Of a stretch of DNA of 64,000 bases, positions 46,731 through 59,225 are shown one piece after another; positions within the stretch are counted from its first letter, which is position 1; every line of letters starts with the position of its first letter. Made by a program: the position numbers and the translations under genes. Below the pieces are notes generated by a model. It worked only from the letters and a program-made list of their open reading frames with translations, searched no databases and was not told the origin of the DNA. This DNA is from an uncultured Methanosarcinaceae archaeon (GTDB lineage: Archaea; Halobacteriota; Methanosarcinia; Methanosarcinales; Methanosarcinaceae), in contig CAVTET010000001.1 of assembly GCA_963733675.1 (NCBI GenBank), positions 1,056,001-1,120,000 of the forward strand, read 5' to 3'.

Positions 46731-48173
46731 CTAATATGTTCTTGCTACATACACAAGAGTTTTGGTTTCTTCCTTGCAGACAGGACATTTTTCTGTCCAG
46801 TCCTTTCTCTGCTCCAAAGGAATCCCAAGGATACCTGCATTTATCTGGTCTTCCATAATAAGTCCACATTCTTTCTTACCACACCATGGAATTGTTGCAA
46901 TGCCTGTTTGGATTTTATCCTTTACTTCTTCAAAATTAGTACAATCAAAGATACGGTTTAAGAGCCCCGTTTTCGCTTTATTATAAAGGTTTTTGTGGAT
47001 TGATTTAAATCTTAATATCACATCAGCTTCAATATCAGGAAGCGAGATATGTTCTTTATTCCCTGTGTCTCTCCTTACAGCCACAGCAACATTATTTTCC
47101 AGATCTCTAGGTCCGATTTCAAGCCTTAAGGGTACGCCTTTCATTTCCCATTTATAATACTTCGCCCCGGGACGAAGGTCACTTGCATCGATTTCAACTC
47201 TCACCCCTATTTTCTTCAGGCGTTTTTGAACATCTTTGCAAGCTGCAAGCACATACTCTGCTCCTTTCTTGAAGATAATTGGAATAATTACAACCTGTAT
47301 GGGTGCGATCTCCGGAGGCAAAACAAGCCCTTTATCATCTCCATGGATGGAAATAATAGCTGCAATAGATCTTTCTGAAATCCCATAACAAGTCTGGTAG
47401 GCATAGCACTGCTCCCCATCAGAAGCTTCGTATTTAATATTAAATGTTTTTGCAAAATTGTCACCCAGATGATGGACTGTACCTATCTGAAGAGTCTTTC
47501 CATCAGGCATAATTGCATCTAGAGCATCGGTGTAGTCTGCACCTGGGAATTTATCCCAATCAGGTCTTCTTGAGCGGAGAACAGGAACTCCAAGCCTACG
47601 GTAGATTTCGGTATAAAGCTCAATCGCTTCCCTAACCTGCACCTCTGCATCTTCCCAGGTTGCATGCACTGTGTGAGCTTCTTTGAAGGAAGTAATCTCT
47701 CTTAGTCTGATCAAGGGTCGAGTGTGTTTTGTTTCATAACGGAAAGTATTCACTACCTGATAAAGTTTGAGAGGTAAATCCGCATGGGACCTGATCCATA
47801 TTTTGTACATTGGATAAATGGCAGTCTCACTGGTTGGACGAAGAACCAGAGGTATTTCAAGAAGGTCTTTTCCACCGTGAGTTACCCAGTATACCTCATC
47901 CTCAAAGCCTTTGATATGCTCAGCTTCTTTCATGAACTCGTTTTCAGGAATAAGCAATGGAAAGAGAGTTTCCTGGTGTCCGCTGTTGTCGAGGATTTCC
48001 CTGATTATGTTATAGGTATTCCTCCGGATGGCAAAGCCGAAAGGATACCAGACATATAGCCCTTTTACAGGATAGCGGACGTCCATTATTTCGGCCATCC
48101 AAAGGAGTTCATTATACCAATCGCTGAATTTTTCTTTTGGAGGGAGTGCTGCTTCTTTTTCGCTTTCTGCCAT
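46731..48173 (-). CDS. proS: Proline--tRNA ligase (archaeal type)
   Basis: [45 protein letters not shown]-terminal Zn motif and ARTY end. Confidence 0.98.
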   Translation of the reverse strand: MAESEKEAALPPKEKFSDWYNELLWMAEIMDVRYPVKGLYVWYPFGFAIRRNTYNIIREILDNSGHQETLFPLLIPENEFMKEAEHIKGFEDEVYWVTHGGKDLLEIPLVLRPTSETAIYPMYKIWIRSHADLPLKLYQVVNTFRYETKHTRPLIRLREITSFKEAHTVHATWEDAEVQVREAIELYTEIYRRLGVPVLRSRRPDWDKFPGADYTDALDAIMPDGKTLQIGTVHHLGDNFAKTFNIKYEASDGEQCYAYQTCYGISERSIAAIISIHGDDKGLVLPPEIAPIQVVIIPIIFKKGAEYVLAACKDVQKRLKKIGVRVEIDASDLRPGAKYYKWEMKGVPLRLEIGPRDLENNVAVAVRRDTGNKEHISLPDIEADVILRFKSIHKNLYNKAKTGLLNRIFDCTNFEEVKDKIQTGIATIPWCGKKECGLIMEDQINAGILGIPLEQRKDWTEKCPVCKEETKTLVYVARTY

Positions 48174-48532
48174 ACCATCACCGTATTATCACAATATAAA
48201 TTAATTATTTAGTTCATCAAATTCAGGCATTTTCGAGTTCCAGTACCATGCCTAATATCAAATACCATGTTTTGATGGGATGTACAGGCTTTTGTGCTGA
48301 CTGAAAAGCTCTACTCCATATAGGTTAAAGTACCATATGAAGCCCTGCAAATTATCTAAAACTCTACAAAAGGGTATTCAAGCTGTCATATTTTGAGACT
48401 CATAATATCTAAACAGAAAAACGCTGAATAGCCCGCAGTGTTTGTTCCTTTATTTGAATAAAAATTTGTAACTATATGTGAACTAATTATTCTGAATATT
48501 TACTTGCCAGCCTACAAATCGGAAACGAAGAA

Positions 48533-49177
48533 TTAATTCCCTTCTAGGGGCTGGATATTTTCTAAAGCTTTATGCGTAAATTCGGATTTTTCAATATCGA
48601 AAACTATCATACCGCTATTTAGCTTTTCAGCTTCCTCTTTAGAGAGCTTGGTAATGGTAGCCTTTTTTGAAATTATTGCGCTATTTCCGAAAGGATCTTC
48701 GATGATAACTAAAATTTTTTTCTTGCCTGCTATAACTTCTTCGAGCATACGCAAGAGTTCCTGGCTTCGGGAAAATTTATCTTCTTCTTCCTGTACCCAC
48801 CTACTTGCAGTCATTAGTACATTTCTGACGCGATGAAGTACACCTTCGATATTCGTTATGTAAGACTCTGAAGCTATCCCAGGCTCGATAGTGACCCCCA
48901 TTTCAGGTATGCGAATTGTTCCTGATGTTGAACGGATAACCCTTGCATCCAGGTCTTCTTGAGTTTCAACTGATATTTCATATCGTATGGGTTCTTTGCT
49001 GGAGAGGCTCAGAGTATCTGCAAAACGAAAACTGCATTGGCATTTTGCACTAATGTACATGATCTCCCCAAAATAGGGGATATTGTCTTTCTGCCAGTTT
49101 ATCACAAGATCGTCATGACATAGCGGACAGGAGATTCTTGTCTCAATATTTTCATCCTGATAAAAATTATGATTCAA
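48533..49177 (-). CDS. ZPR1-related zinc finger protein
   Basis: CPLC, IPYFGE, RVIRSTSGTIRIPEMG, NIEGVL, IEDPFGNS. Confidence 0.93.
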   Translation of the reverse strand: MNHNFYQDENIETRISCPLCHDDLVINWQKDNIPYFGEIMYISAKCQCSFRFADTLSLSSKEPIRYEISVETQEDLDARVIRSTSGTIRIPEMGVTIEPGIASESYITNIEGVLHRVRNVLMTASRWVQEEEDKFSRSQELLRMLEEVIAGKKKILVIIEDPFGNSAIISKKATITKLSKEEAEKLNSGMIVFDIEKSEFTHKALENIQPLEGN

Positions 49178-49554
49178 TATTTCCCACCAATTATTTTGGA
49201 TCTATCGATTTTTATACCTGAGGGAGTTACAATCACAGTATTTCCTTTAAAACCTGCAATATCTCCACGGACATCGACGATTACATCTTTCAGCTCTTTC
49301 AAAACCCTGTCCCTCATCAGGTCATCGCCCCTGATGTTTGAGATATCTATCATCAGGATATTTCCATTGTAGATCTCCTGCTTGAGTAGGGACATCTGGT
49401 TGATATTTGAGACTTCCGCGATCTTAACATAAGTCTCTGCAGGCTCTTCCTCGAGAACCTCCTCATATTTACTTAGATCGATTTCGGTGTAGTCGTCGGC
49501 ACTAGTTGTATTTCTTACATTGCTGCCAAGGATTTTGTCTATGAATTTTGCCAT
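49174..49554 (-). CDS. sepF: Cell division protein SepF
   Basis: EIYNGNILMIDIS, RGDIAG, VIVTPSGIKIDR; synteny with the ZPR1 and PUA genes. Confidence 0.92.
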   Translation of the reverse strand: MAKFIDKILGSNVRNTTSADDYTEIDLSKYEEVLEEEPAETYVKIAEVSNINQMSLLKQEIYNGNILMIDISNIRGDDLMRDRVLKELKDVIVDVRGDIAGFKGNTVIVTPSGIKIDRSKIIGGKY

Positions 49555-49730
49555 TTATGCACACCTTTTGTATTTTTTTATATTTGAATAATAATTGTCC
49601 TATATTGAAATCTATATTAATTAATTTTTGCTATTAAGGCTAACCTTGATTTTAGTCTCTGTTTCAAGGAATTACCCGCCTATTCATGTAGGTTTTTTTT
49701 AGTAAGAATCTACATGCTTCAATAGCAGCT

Positions 49731-50216
49731 TCAGAGTTCCATGCTCCATAGTTTATCTCCTACATGGGTTATTGACTTTATAGCTTTACCTGAATTGGTC
49801 TCAACCATCTGTAGCCCCGTCATGAGAGCTTTCCCAATTGCAAGAGGCTTTCTATGAACCTCTTCCACGACGATTACGAGATTTCCGTCTTCTATTTCGG
49901 AATCAGCCTCCACGACTCCAGGAGCCATGATATCTGCCCCATCTGAAACGAAGCTAATGGCTCCTTTATCCACAGTTACAATGCGCTTTTTGAATTCAAT
50001 CTCAAGAGCTCCGCGGACGGTAGGAAAAAGCTGTCCTTCTATTTCAAAAAGTAGAGGCTTGCCATCCACAAGGATAAGGGAATAATCCTCCAGGATGATT
50101 TTTTCCAGGACTTTATTTTCCAGCCCTGCCATCGTTTCACCGAAGATAGACACAAGGTACTTTAACATCTTGTTCTTCGTATTTTTCCTCAGCTGAACTC
50201 TCGACTTTACTTTCAA
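49731..50216 (-). CDS. PUA-domain RNA-binding protein
   Basis: FPTVRGAL, VTVDKGAISFVSDGADIMAPG, THVGDKLW. Confidence 0.92.
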   Translation of the reverse strand: MKVKSRVQLRKNTKNKMLKYLVSIFGETMAGLENKVLEKIILEDYSLILVDGKPLLFEIEGQLFPTVRGALEIEFKKRIVTVDKGAISFVSDGADIMAPGVVEADSEIEDGNLVIVVEEVHRKPLAIGKALMTGLQMVETNSGKAIKSITHVGDKLWSMEL

Positions 50217-50269
50217 TCAATCACCTGATTTCAAAAATCTCATGCACTATTTATAGCATAGGGTTCTTG

Positions 50270-51061
50270 TGCCTTTTAAAGCTTATGTGATTCCTAAAGA
50301 TTGATGAAACCAGATTTTTCATATTTTATTTCGGATTTTCCCTTCAACATTACAAAGAGCATTTTGAGAAGCATCAGAACATCTTCTAAAAATATGGGTT
50401 CATAGCATAAGGGTTCTAGAAAGAAACTAACAAAAAAAGATGCATCCTGAGAACTGAATAAATTCCTGTATTCAAAGTCCTATTGCTAAGTCGCTGGAAC
50501 TCATCTTAGACAGTACAGTAATCAACCCTAAATGATATTAATCCACTCTTAGATGAGGTAGAAAGCCACGAATGAGCTTCTTGAAAACTTCAAGATAAGT
50601 CGACACAGCCAAAAAGGTAGTATTAGGATGGGAAATTAGTCAAAAAACATATCAAAAAAATCAAACATACATCATACATAATACTCTGATAAGACAATCA
50701 AATAGGATCAGAAAATCTCAATGTTATGTGATTGATAAAGAATATGATTTAAAAAAATCCATTACCTAATTAGAGAAGAAATAAGTGTAGACTCAATCAT
50801 ATCTGTAAGAAAAAGACAGAGAATGGTAATTTTGGGAAAATACAGAAGGCAGCTGCACTTAATCTTTGATAAAATAAAATACGATCAAAAAAACATAGTG
50901 AGACAACGTTCTCTGTTGCCAAAAAGAAACTTGGAGAAGTACTTCGGGCAAGAAAATTTCATAATCAAGTAAAATGAGTAAAACTTAAACTGAGAGTCTG
51001 TTATATAAATAAAAAGATTGTAGAAATAATTTGTATTAAATTAAGGATCTCTATAAAACCG
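50270..51061 (+). pseudogene. Degraded IS5-family-like transposase
   Basis: Fragments YVIDKEYD and ETTFSVAKKKLGEVLRARKFHNQVK*VKLK; limits approximate. Confidence 0.6.
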
Positions 51062-51650
51062 TTTTTCCTCCATTATTGAGATTATTTCACAATTAAAAAA
51101 GAATCTATTCATTTTTAAGGTTTCCACTTTTACTTCAATTCTTTCAATCCTTTCAAATATGTATTTATGAAGGTCTAATTATTTTTTGCTTAACCCAGTT
51201 ATATTAGTAAAATCAAATTTCGCATAGAGCTTAAATATATAAGTGCAGAACGAGTTTCCCCAAAAAGGTGCATTCTTCGATTTTAAACCACTAATAAATG
51301 AAGTGGCTATGGTTCCATAAATGGGATATCACGGAAATCAAAAACAATGTTTCAATTTTTATTGAGATCCATCATATCCAAAGCTCCACCTTTTATATTC
51401 CAAATGAAGAAAAACTTTGTTTCAAATTGAAGCTAATAGTAAGGAAAAGTTATTAATAAAGGATGCTACATGATTCAGGAGATACATACAGCAAACTGGA
51501 TGTATCTACCTGTACCAGAAGTTGGGTCATTTATCACTCCATGATCAACAACCCCATTAACTCCAATAGGTTTTTTGAATTTATTATGATTTGTAAAAAT
51601 TGTCTCGGAAATTACGAAATAAGGTATTGATTAAAAAGATGGGTAGATAT

Positions 51651-51690
51651 ATCAATAGTTAAGTAGAAGAATCAATAGTTAAGTAGAAGA
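51651..51690. repeat. Perfect 20-bp tandem duplication ATCAATAGTTAAGTAGAAGA
   Basis: Two adjacent identical copies at 51651 and 51671. Confidence 0.95.
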
Positions 51691-51772
51691 GTGTGAGCGG
51701 GTTGGGGAGTGGGGGGTCATATGGGGAGTGGGGGGTATGGTATGTGAAAAAAGTTTTCCGCTCACATCTTAC
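51680..51772 (-). ncRNA. Candidate sRNA: 9-bp stem enclosing two C-rich repeats
   Basis: TGTGAGCGG (51692-51700) pairs with CCGCTCACA (51758-51766); TGGGGAGTGGGGGGT twice; TTTATATA box on the minus strand at 51795-51802. Confidence 0.5.
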
Positions 51773-52046
51773 AATTACTCTTATTAAAATTAATTATATA
51801 AATAGCTATGCATTCTGTTCCATCATAATATAATAGCCGAATAATATAATAGTTTTATGATACAAACCATACACCACATATTTAGATTTTCGAGTCCTTG
51901 TTTGATCCAATGATATGCTACATAAAAAGCCTGAAATTGCTAAAGAAGCCTTAAGTATTCACATGAAGCATTTTAAGTCATCCACCGCAAGTTTTCAAAA
52001 TAACCATGACAAGAAAGTATTTACTTGAGAACTGGTTCTTAGTACT

Positions 52047-53165
52047 ATGAACCCTGATAGGCTTTTGATTTATGGAGCAGCTTTTGCAATTATGGGACTT
52101 TCGAATGCTGTCATTCCCATCCTTCCGGAGCTTGCGAGCCTGGACCATAGCGCTTCCGGAAAACTTACACCCAGCCTACTCTTTTCAGCCTACTTTTTTG
52201 GAGCCCTTGTTACAATGCTCCCTTTCGGGATTCTAGCTGATAGGTTCGGAAATTTGAGGTTTATAGGGTTTAGTATTATTCTAACAGCAATTTCAGGACT
52301 AACCATCCTATTTTCAGAAAAGCTCTGGATTATTTTAACCTCAAGGTTTATAGAAGGTTCTGCCTGCGGAGCTTTTTTCCCGGCTGCCTTTGCCACCCTC
52401 TCTAAATCTAAGGATCCAGGGCGTTATATCGGAGAATTCACTTTTCTTTTCAACGCAGGACTGGCCACAGGGGTTCTTTTTTCAGGTTTACTGGCGGATA
52501 CTTACTTAAAAGGAGCAATCCTTTTTTTTACAGTTATCACTTTTCCTTTGATCTTATACCTTTTTCCAAGACACCGGAAATTGACTCATTCTCAGAACAC
52601 AGAGGATTCGGGTTCATTATCTCGCTCCCCTGGAAGCCTTTTTAGAGAATCTTATAAAGGGATTATAAAACTACTTAGCTTCAACAATTCAAGGATCTGG
52701 CTCAGTTCTTTTCTTCTCAATGGAACTATAGGAGTCCTTATAGCTTATTATCCGGATTATAGCCTGGATACTATGACAAAAACTCAGCTCGGAAGTTCTA
52801 TTGCCAGCCTCTACGTCTGCGCCATGGTTACATCTCTCCTTATCGGACGATTTAGGATCAAGGAAAAAAACATAATTCGGATTGGATTAACATTTTCTGC
52901 CCTTGGAGCCCTTGTTGTGATTAAATATCCTTTTCTCGGATTTTCAAGCCTGGGTGGAGGATCCGGAATTGCACTGGTAGGTTTTGCTCTGGCTGTTGCC
53001 AGAATGAATTCGGGGAGGGGGCTAGTAATGGGACTTTTTACTACAACCATCTATGCCGGGCTTTCTTTTGCCCCTATTATTGCAGGGCTTTTTACAGGCT
53101 TTATGAGCTTTGAAAAAATATTCATAGCAAATGGTTGTATTCTGGCAGCAGCTCTTCTATTATAG
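52047..53165 (+). CDS. MFS transporter
   Basis: GILADRFG motif A, SRFIEGSACG; many TM segments. Confidence 0.88.
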   Translation: MNPDRLLIYGAAFAIMGLSNAVIPILPELASLDHSASGKLTPSLLFSAYFFGALVTMLPFGILADRFGNLRFIGFSIILTAISGLTILFSEKLWIILTSRFIEGSACGAFFPAAFATLSKSKDPGRYIGEFTFLFNAGLATGVLFSGLLADTYLKGAILFFTVITFPLILYLFPRHRKLTHSQNTEDSGSLSRSPGSLFRESYKGIIKLLSFNNSRIWLSSFLLNGTIGVLIAYYPDYSLDTMTKTQLGSSIASLYVCAMVTSLLIGRFRIKEKNIIRIGLTFSALGALVVIKYPFLGFSSLGGGSGIALVGFALAVARMNSGRGLVMGLFTTTIYAGLSFAPIIAGLFTGFMSFEKIFIANGCILAAALLL

Positions 53166-53209
53166 GATTGGAAAATTTCATTCCAGCAAAAACTTGAGTT
53201 AAGTTTGAC

Positions 53210-53995
53210 ATGAAAGTGCATAAGGTTACCTACCTCACGTATCTCCTCAACTTCATTTTCCATAATTATGATTACTCAACCAATTATTATTATTGTTATT
53301 ATTATACTTTCATCACCAAAAAGATCTCAGTATTAGCAATGTTACTCTTTTGGGTTTATCCCTGTTTATACCCGGTTTCGTTTTTGTACAGCTCATCGTT
53401 TGTAATAATATCCATATTATTGTGGCAGTTTTCCTTCTCAGTGCAATAATTTTTTTTCCATGTCAAATTGATTTCTTCTTCCGACTAAAAAACTCTCTTA
53501 ACTTGCTATTTTTCGTTCTTGCTTCTGCCTTAGCAATCCGCGTTAGAATCCACCTTACAGCCCTTGATGCTTCCTTTTGGATTATGCCACTGAAAATTTA
53601 TCCATATATAGTATACATTTGGAACAACTCCAAGCCATGAAGAGAACTTATTTCCGGAAGAAAAATCCTTGAAATTAACAATTTCAACAACTAGGTATTA
53701 CTGCACCAATTCCCCCAATAGACGGAACAGACATTCAAATTTCCATCACACTCTCAGGCTTTCCAGAAACATACTTCCTTATTTTTTTCTAAGTTTTCTA
53801 TTTAATTCGCAAGATATTTTAATAAATACCTGAACTCTATTACAATTGGGACTTTCACAGTAGAGAATCTGTAGATTGTTTCTCTCACTCAGTTAATATT
53901 AATGAGATTCCGATTGATCTCTATTTTTTCTTCAAGGGAACCATGTCCAAATTTTTCTCGCTGATTTCTGTATTTGATCCGCTTTTCCTGTTCTG
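53210..53995 (-). pseudogene. IS110-family transposase remnant
   Basis: Fragments MSVPSIGGIGA, FKDFSSGNKFSSWLGVVPNV, RWILTRIA, IIALRRKTATIIW with stops and frameshifts; limits approximate. Confidence 0.75.
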
Positions 53996-54451
53996 GTTCA
54001 TTATTCTTTGATTTTAAAGATAGCTTCGCTATCCTTTTGACATTCTGTAGATGTACACATATATAAAATTCGTTTCCCTATTTACCATTATTGCTCATTG
54101 AAAGTTAGATTAATTTTTAAGCTACTGTAATATCGAGAAAATAGATTGCATCCTTGTGTACATCCGTGGAAATGCCTAATGGAACTATTTTGTTAAAAAA
54201 TATGAACTCAAAAATGATACGAAAAGATTTCCAATCAATTAAGGAATCAATTTCAATAACTTTATCGCTAACTGACTCAAAAATGTATAAATCTATTAAA
54301 GAGCAAAATCAGAAAAAGTGTTCATGAATAAAAATTGTTGTTGAGTGATTTTAAACTCTCCAATGTTCAAATGAATAGAAGTTTATCGAAATTATCTAAC
54401 ATAAATTAAAGTTGTATCTGGTCGGATTATATATGCTATTGATACCTTTAA

Positions 54452-55323
54452 GAGGCTATCCGAAAAGTTCTGCTGATCTGAATGTTATCAATGCGCACGC
54501 TAAATGTAGGATAGCAAGGTAATTTTCAATTTTCTTTTCCCAGCCTATAAGGATTCTTCTGAATCTATTTAGCCAAGAATGTATTCTTTCTACAACCCAT
54601 CTTCTTGCCCGAAAACCAGGTATGTCTCTTCTTATGTTTTCTTCTCCACGACTTTTGATATACGCAGTATAACCATATTCTTCAACCAATTTTCTGATAT
54701 CGGTGAACTCACAACCCTTATCCATGCATATATTCTGAATTATGTCTTCTGGAGAAGGTCTTTCAAAGAATATGGCGTCTAAAGTCCTTTTTATAAGTTT
54801 TTTATCGTGACGATTGGCTCCATCAACGACAACAGAAAGTGGTATGCCTTTACCATCAGTTAAAACAATCCTTTTTGTACCTTTTTTACCACGATCAGTA
54901 GGATTGGCTTCTGTTTCAGCTCCATCTAATGGTTCTTTTGTCATAGCACCATCAATTGATTGTCATTCCCATTCTAATCCTTTTCCGAAATCATACTCAA
55001 CAAGACCAGCCATCCACATGCTCTCAAATAAGCCTGATAGTTGCCATTCCTGAAATCGATCATGTACAGTGCTTGGAGCTCCATAAAATCGTGGCAATGC
55101 TTTCCATTGGCAACCAGTAAAAAGGAAATAGAAAATGCCACTCATTATTTTCCTATCACCCTTTCTAGGTCTTCCAGATTTCTTTTTTGGCTTAGGTACA
55201 GGTAGTAAAGGTTCTATTTTTTTCCAATAATCTTCAGAAAGTTCGTAGTCTTGAACAATTTTCCGTTTTGTCATTACCACACATGATCTGAAATTGAAAG
55301 TATATTATTTTTCGGATAGGCTC
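54452..55323 (-). mobile_element. IS5-family element; transposase 54456-55280 with one in-frame TGA
   Basis: TIRs GAGGCTATCCGAAAA / TTTTCGGATAGGCTC; TGCQWKALP, STVHDRFQEW, WE*QSIDG, RWVVERIHSWLNRFRR. Confidence 0.92.
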
Positions 55324-55740
55324 ATAAGTGAACTTTTGCTTTTTATTCCAAACCAAGATACTCCGTTTCTAATTATTTGCAACTCCAACATTAAAAAAGA
55401 TTTCAATGAAAACATTAACTGTGCTTTGGGACTGTTTTTTCTTATCTGAAATTTTCCCACCCATATCAGCATTTTATTCATCCAATATACTCTTTAATTT
55501 TTTATTCTTTATTAACTAGAATTCATCCATATCCAATACATATGTGACCCAATATTGCAGGTAGTCATTTTTGTAAAATGATTCAGAATTTATGAAGTTG
55601 CAGAATGAAACAAGGTGCATCAGAATCTGTCAAACTTATCTAAAATTTTCAGAAAAATTATAAAAGTTAGGGATATTCTAGATATTAGAAATCACCCTTC
55701 TTTAATCTGAATTCTGCTGCCTGTATAGTACGTTACATAT

Positions 55741-57465
55741 TCATTTTTTTATATTTTTACTTAAGTCAATTTCATTTGAACCATTAATAATTGTGAAATC
55801 ACTAATTATAAGTTCAATGTTTTTACCATCGGTTGGAGGCTGATTCCAATCCCACAACCATAGATTAATTAAGATATTCGCAGGATCCTGAGGGATTCCA
55901 GAAACATTTGTATAATTATAGTCTGCTATAATTTTTCCGTTTTCCTGCACAGATGTAAATCTTACATATTTGGGTTTCCATTCAAGAGTATATGTTGTGT
56001 TTGTACCGTTAGTGTCTGGAACCGCATACGCATGAGCATTGCCTTCAATTTTAGTAGGCTGTACAGTGTATGTCAGTTGATCTCCGTTTGTCTTACCCCA
56101 TGTTGAAGCTTCAATATCTAATTCATTATTATCGTCTAAATAGGTAAAAAATCCGACCACACTTTTATTATCAAATGTATAAATAGGTGAAGCTACCTTC
56201 CATATGAAAGTACCATAACGATATTTGTATTGACTATTCAACATCGTACATTTCCATACATCCCCGTCCTTTACAATTGTCAAGTGCATCCTGTTTTTGT
56301 CATCTATCCATGCGCCAGTCTTATTCCAGTAATTATTAATAGGATCCGATCTACCTTTAATCACGTACCAATTTAACCCTTTCCAGTAAATTACCCCATT
56401 TGTAGGATATTTATTCACTCCTTTATCAACTGTCCATACAGCATTTTCCTGAGTTGCTTGTGTATAAAACAATGTCCAAATTCCGTTAGTATCTTTTGCA
56501 GGGATCCACAATTTCAAGAAATTTCCATCATCACTAAAAACACCTGCACTGCGATCTAATTGAATATCCTTATACATCGCACATGATGGATCACTGATTT
56601 GTAGCAGTGGTAAACCTTGAACCGTGAAATTATCCGTATAGTTATTTGCAGTCGCAAGATACAAATTATAATTAGGTTCGTCGAATACATTATCAACAGG
56701 TTTGTCGAATCTAAATAATGCATATATTGTTGAGTTTCCTGGATAATTCATCGTATTCATAAGCAAGGGTTGGTAGTCGCTTGATTGACCAACTTTTTGC
56801 TTATTACTAAAATTCATACCATCAGTGGAAGTGTATCTGTATATAACATGAGGTTTTTGATCGATATCAACAAGCCACATGTAATAAGTTCCTGTGGAGT
56901 TATCATATAGAACAGAGGGGGATATACCATGGGCAGTGACATTCATTTCAGATGAAACAGTACTACCATCATATGTTCTAACTTTCGGATCTTCTATAGT
57001 TACGTTACCAACTGCATCCTCAATTACATAGTAGCACATAAGTTTTTGAGTAATAGGATCATATACGATATCAGGATGAGATCCATAAGCTTTTGAGTCA
57101 TAATCAGATTTTATTGGCGTTCCAATAGGATTTGTCACTCCTGATGGTACATTCCAAATTAGTCCATCATCAGAATAGTACAAACATGCATTTTTAGAGG
57201 TACCATTCAAATCTGGAAAGGGAGTAATAAACATCCACCATTTATGACCAAATACACCAGATGCATTGTAATAGACATCAGGATGATTGAACTGGTTATA
57301 TCCGTATGGATCAGGTATCGATATGGGAAGTCGGTTTGATGTGTTTAGAAGAGTACCATTTTCACTTTTATTTTCGTGGGATCTTACTTCTGGTAATGCA
57401 CCTGAGATACAGCCAGAAACAAGAAGCAATAATGTTATGACAACGATTCCAATTTTATAATGCAT
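55741..57465 (-). CDS. Secreted lipoprotein: propeller-like glycosidase-type domain plus GH16-like domain
   Basis: Lipobox LLLLVSGC; NHPDV/SHPDI repeats; C-terminal YRYGTF and NELDIEAS matching the GH16 E-x-D-x-E motif. Confidence 0.75.
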   Translation of the reverse strand: MHYKIGIVVITLLLLVSGCISGALPEVRSHENKSENGTLLNTSNRLPISIPDPYGYNQFNHPDVYYNASGVFGHKWWMFITPFPDLNGTSKNACLYYSDDGLIWNVPSGVTNPIGTPIKSDYDSKAYGSHPDIVYDPITQKLMCYYVIEDAVGNVTIEDPKVRTYDGSTVSSEMNVTAHGISPSVLYDNSTGTYYMWLVDIDQKPHVIYRYTSTDGMNFSNKQKVGQSSDYQPLLMNTMNYPGNSTIYALFRFDKPVDNVFDEPNYNLYLATANNYTDNFTVQGLPLLQISDPSCAMYKDIQLDRSAGVFSDDGNFLKLWIPAKDTNGIWTLFYTQATQENAVWTVDKGVNKYPTNGVIYWKGLNWYVIKGRSDPINNYWNKTGAWIDDKNRMHLTIVKDGDVWKCTMLNSQYKYRYGTFIWKVASPIYTFDNKSVVGFFTYLDDNNELDIEASTWGKTNGDQLTYTVQPTKIEGNAHAYAVPDTNGTNTTYTLEWKPKYVRFTSVQENGKIIADYNYTNVSGIPQDPANILINLWLWDWNQPPTDGKNIELIISDFTIINGSNEIDLSKNIKK

Positions 57466-58479
57466 ATGTTATTTTCTCCGTAATGTACGAATGTTTACGC
57501 GGTTGAATTAAAAACAACAGCAGTAAATTCTCATCTATATAGTGTGCAATTAATATAAAGGGACTTCATATACTTGATTTTATCCCTCAAAAAAACTTGA
57601 TATAATTCTTTGAGTTTTGGATTGGCTGCAGTCAATGACAATGAAACTGATGGTCAATTTTCATCATCCCAGAAGATATTAAAACAATCTTCTAATAAAG
57701 GCTTTAAAACAGCTTATGAAGTGTATAAAACAGAGATATACCTAAATTGAACGTCATTAATTATATTGTGAATTCTACTTTCCCCATTCTCTGAATCATA
57801 TAGCTTGGCATTATCTGTTGAGTCTAGAGCATCAAGTTACTATCATCATATAAGATAAATTTAGCATCTCAAAATAATTGAACATAATCAGCATTATTTG
57901 CACATTTCGAGCAACATGGAGGATAAGTTTGAGAGTTTTGAAAAATATAAAACTCGTAACTCACATATTTAGTTACGTTTTTGTACAAAATATATAGATA
58001 TTATCTCATTTTAATCAGATTATGAACTGGGATATTCTAATACGCATGATATTTATTGCTAAGGCGAAAATTTGTTCCTACGAAAAAAACGAACCTATGA
58101 AACTTCAAGCCTATTATTAATTAAATATGATTTGAGTCTAGCTAAAGTAGTAGAAAATTTTCCGCCTACATATCAAAGATTTATCCTTCGAGAAAGTGTA
58201 CTGAGGAAAAAGATTTTCTCAACCTTGAATGTAAATCTGTCAAGGAGTAAAATCTCATTTAACAGGAGGAAAATTTTCTGATTTAAGGGGAATACTTTCA
58301 GAGCCAATGACAAACGATGATGATTATTATCGCACTATGCAAACAAAAGGCATAATTCAATTGCCAATGAGAAATTCAATATATTTTATTCCGAGTCAGA
58401 ATTTTTATCCTAGATCAAAAAACTAATGAAGCACTCAAATATGAATTATATCTCTTCAATTCAAAAGGATCCTAAATTC

Positions 58480-58975
58480 CAATCATCCAATCGTCACAAA
58501 TGATGATAGTAGTTCTTTTGTGGATTCAAATAATCCAGATGATGGGCAATCGAGGGTCCAAAACCAGTTAAATTTACAAGTGATCCAGAAGCCAAGATCA
58601 ACATCTGGAAATGTTATACTGAAAACGAAGAGTTCTATGGATATGATTTTGGTATTACACAAAATACATACTCTTTCCTAAAATAATTATTTGATTTTGA
58701 TAGATATATATATAAACAAAACTATTTTCCCACTGGACTGAACCACATGGTACAAATTAAAAAAAACAGAGAAATTTTATCAAAAAACAAGCATTGTTTA
58801 TAAATATTATTTTATCCTCCAACTACACTAGAAAGAAACCCACTTGAATATTGTTGGAAAACGAAAATAAAGATGTTAACATCAAGAAGATCATTCAAAA
58901 ATGTTAAAATATAACTGAGAAAAACGGAATGAATTTTGTGAAAAGTACACACTCACACGTAAAATGTGGTATTAT
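58480..58975 (+). pseudogene. IS630-like transposase remnant
   Basis: LFYPPTTLERNPLEYCWK resembles the IS630 LPPYSPELNPIE..W motif; limits approximate. Confidence 0.5.
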
Positions 58976-59225
58976 TTAAATACCGACTATAATTCAATGA
59001 AAAATATGCATAATTTCTACTTCAAAACTCTACAATATTGAATTTTATAGAGGCGATTACTAAAAAATGGAATTCAAATTTTGGATAATTTTTTTATAAA
59101 CTATTGAGGAATAAGTGTGGACAAATAAATAATAGCCAGTAGGACCACAGCAAACCTGGACTACTGATAAATTAATAAAAGTTATATATTTTAATGTTAT
59201 ATGACGTATACGAGGTATTTTTAAT

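Noticed and set aside
49685-49716. Hairpin CATGTAGGTTTTT...AAGAATCTACATG between the PUA gene and sepF as an RNA gene
   Set aside because: Short imperfect stem only; no SRP, RNase P or tRNA features.
54456-55280. Programmed frameshift joining the two IS5 ORFs
   Set aside because: The ORFs are in the same frame, separated by one TGA at a probable Trp codon; a simple nonsense mutation.
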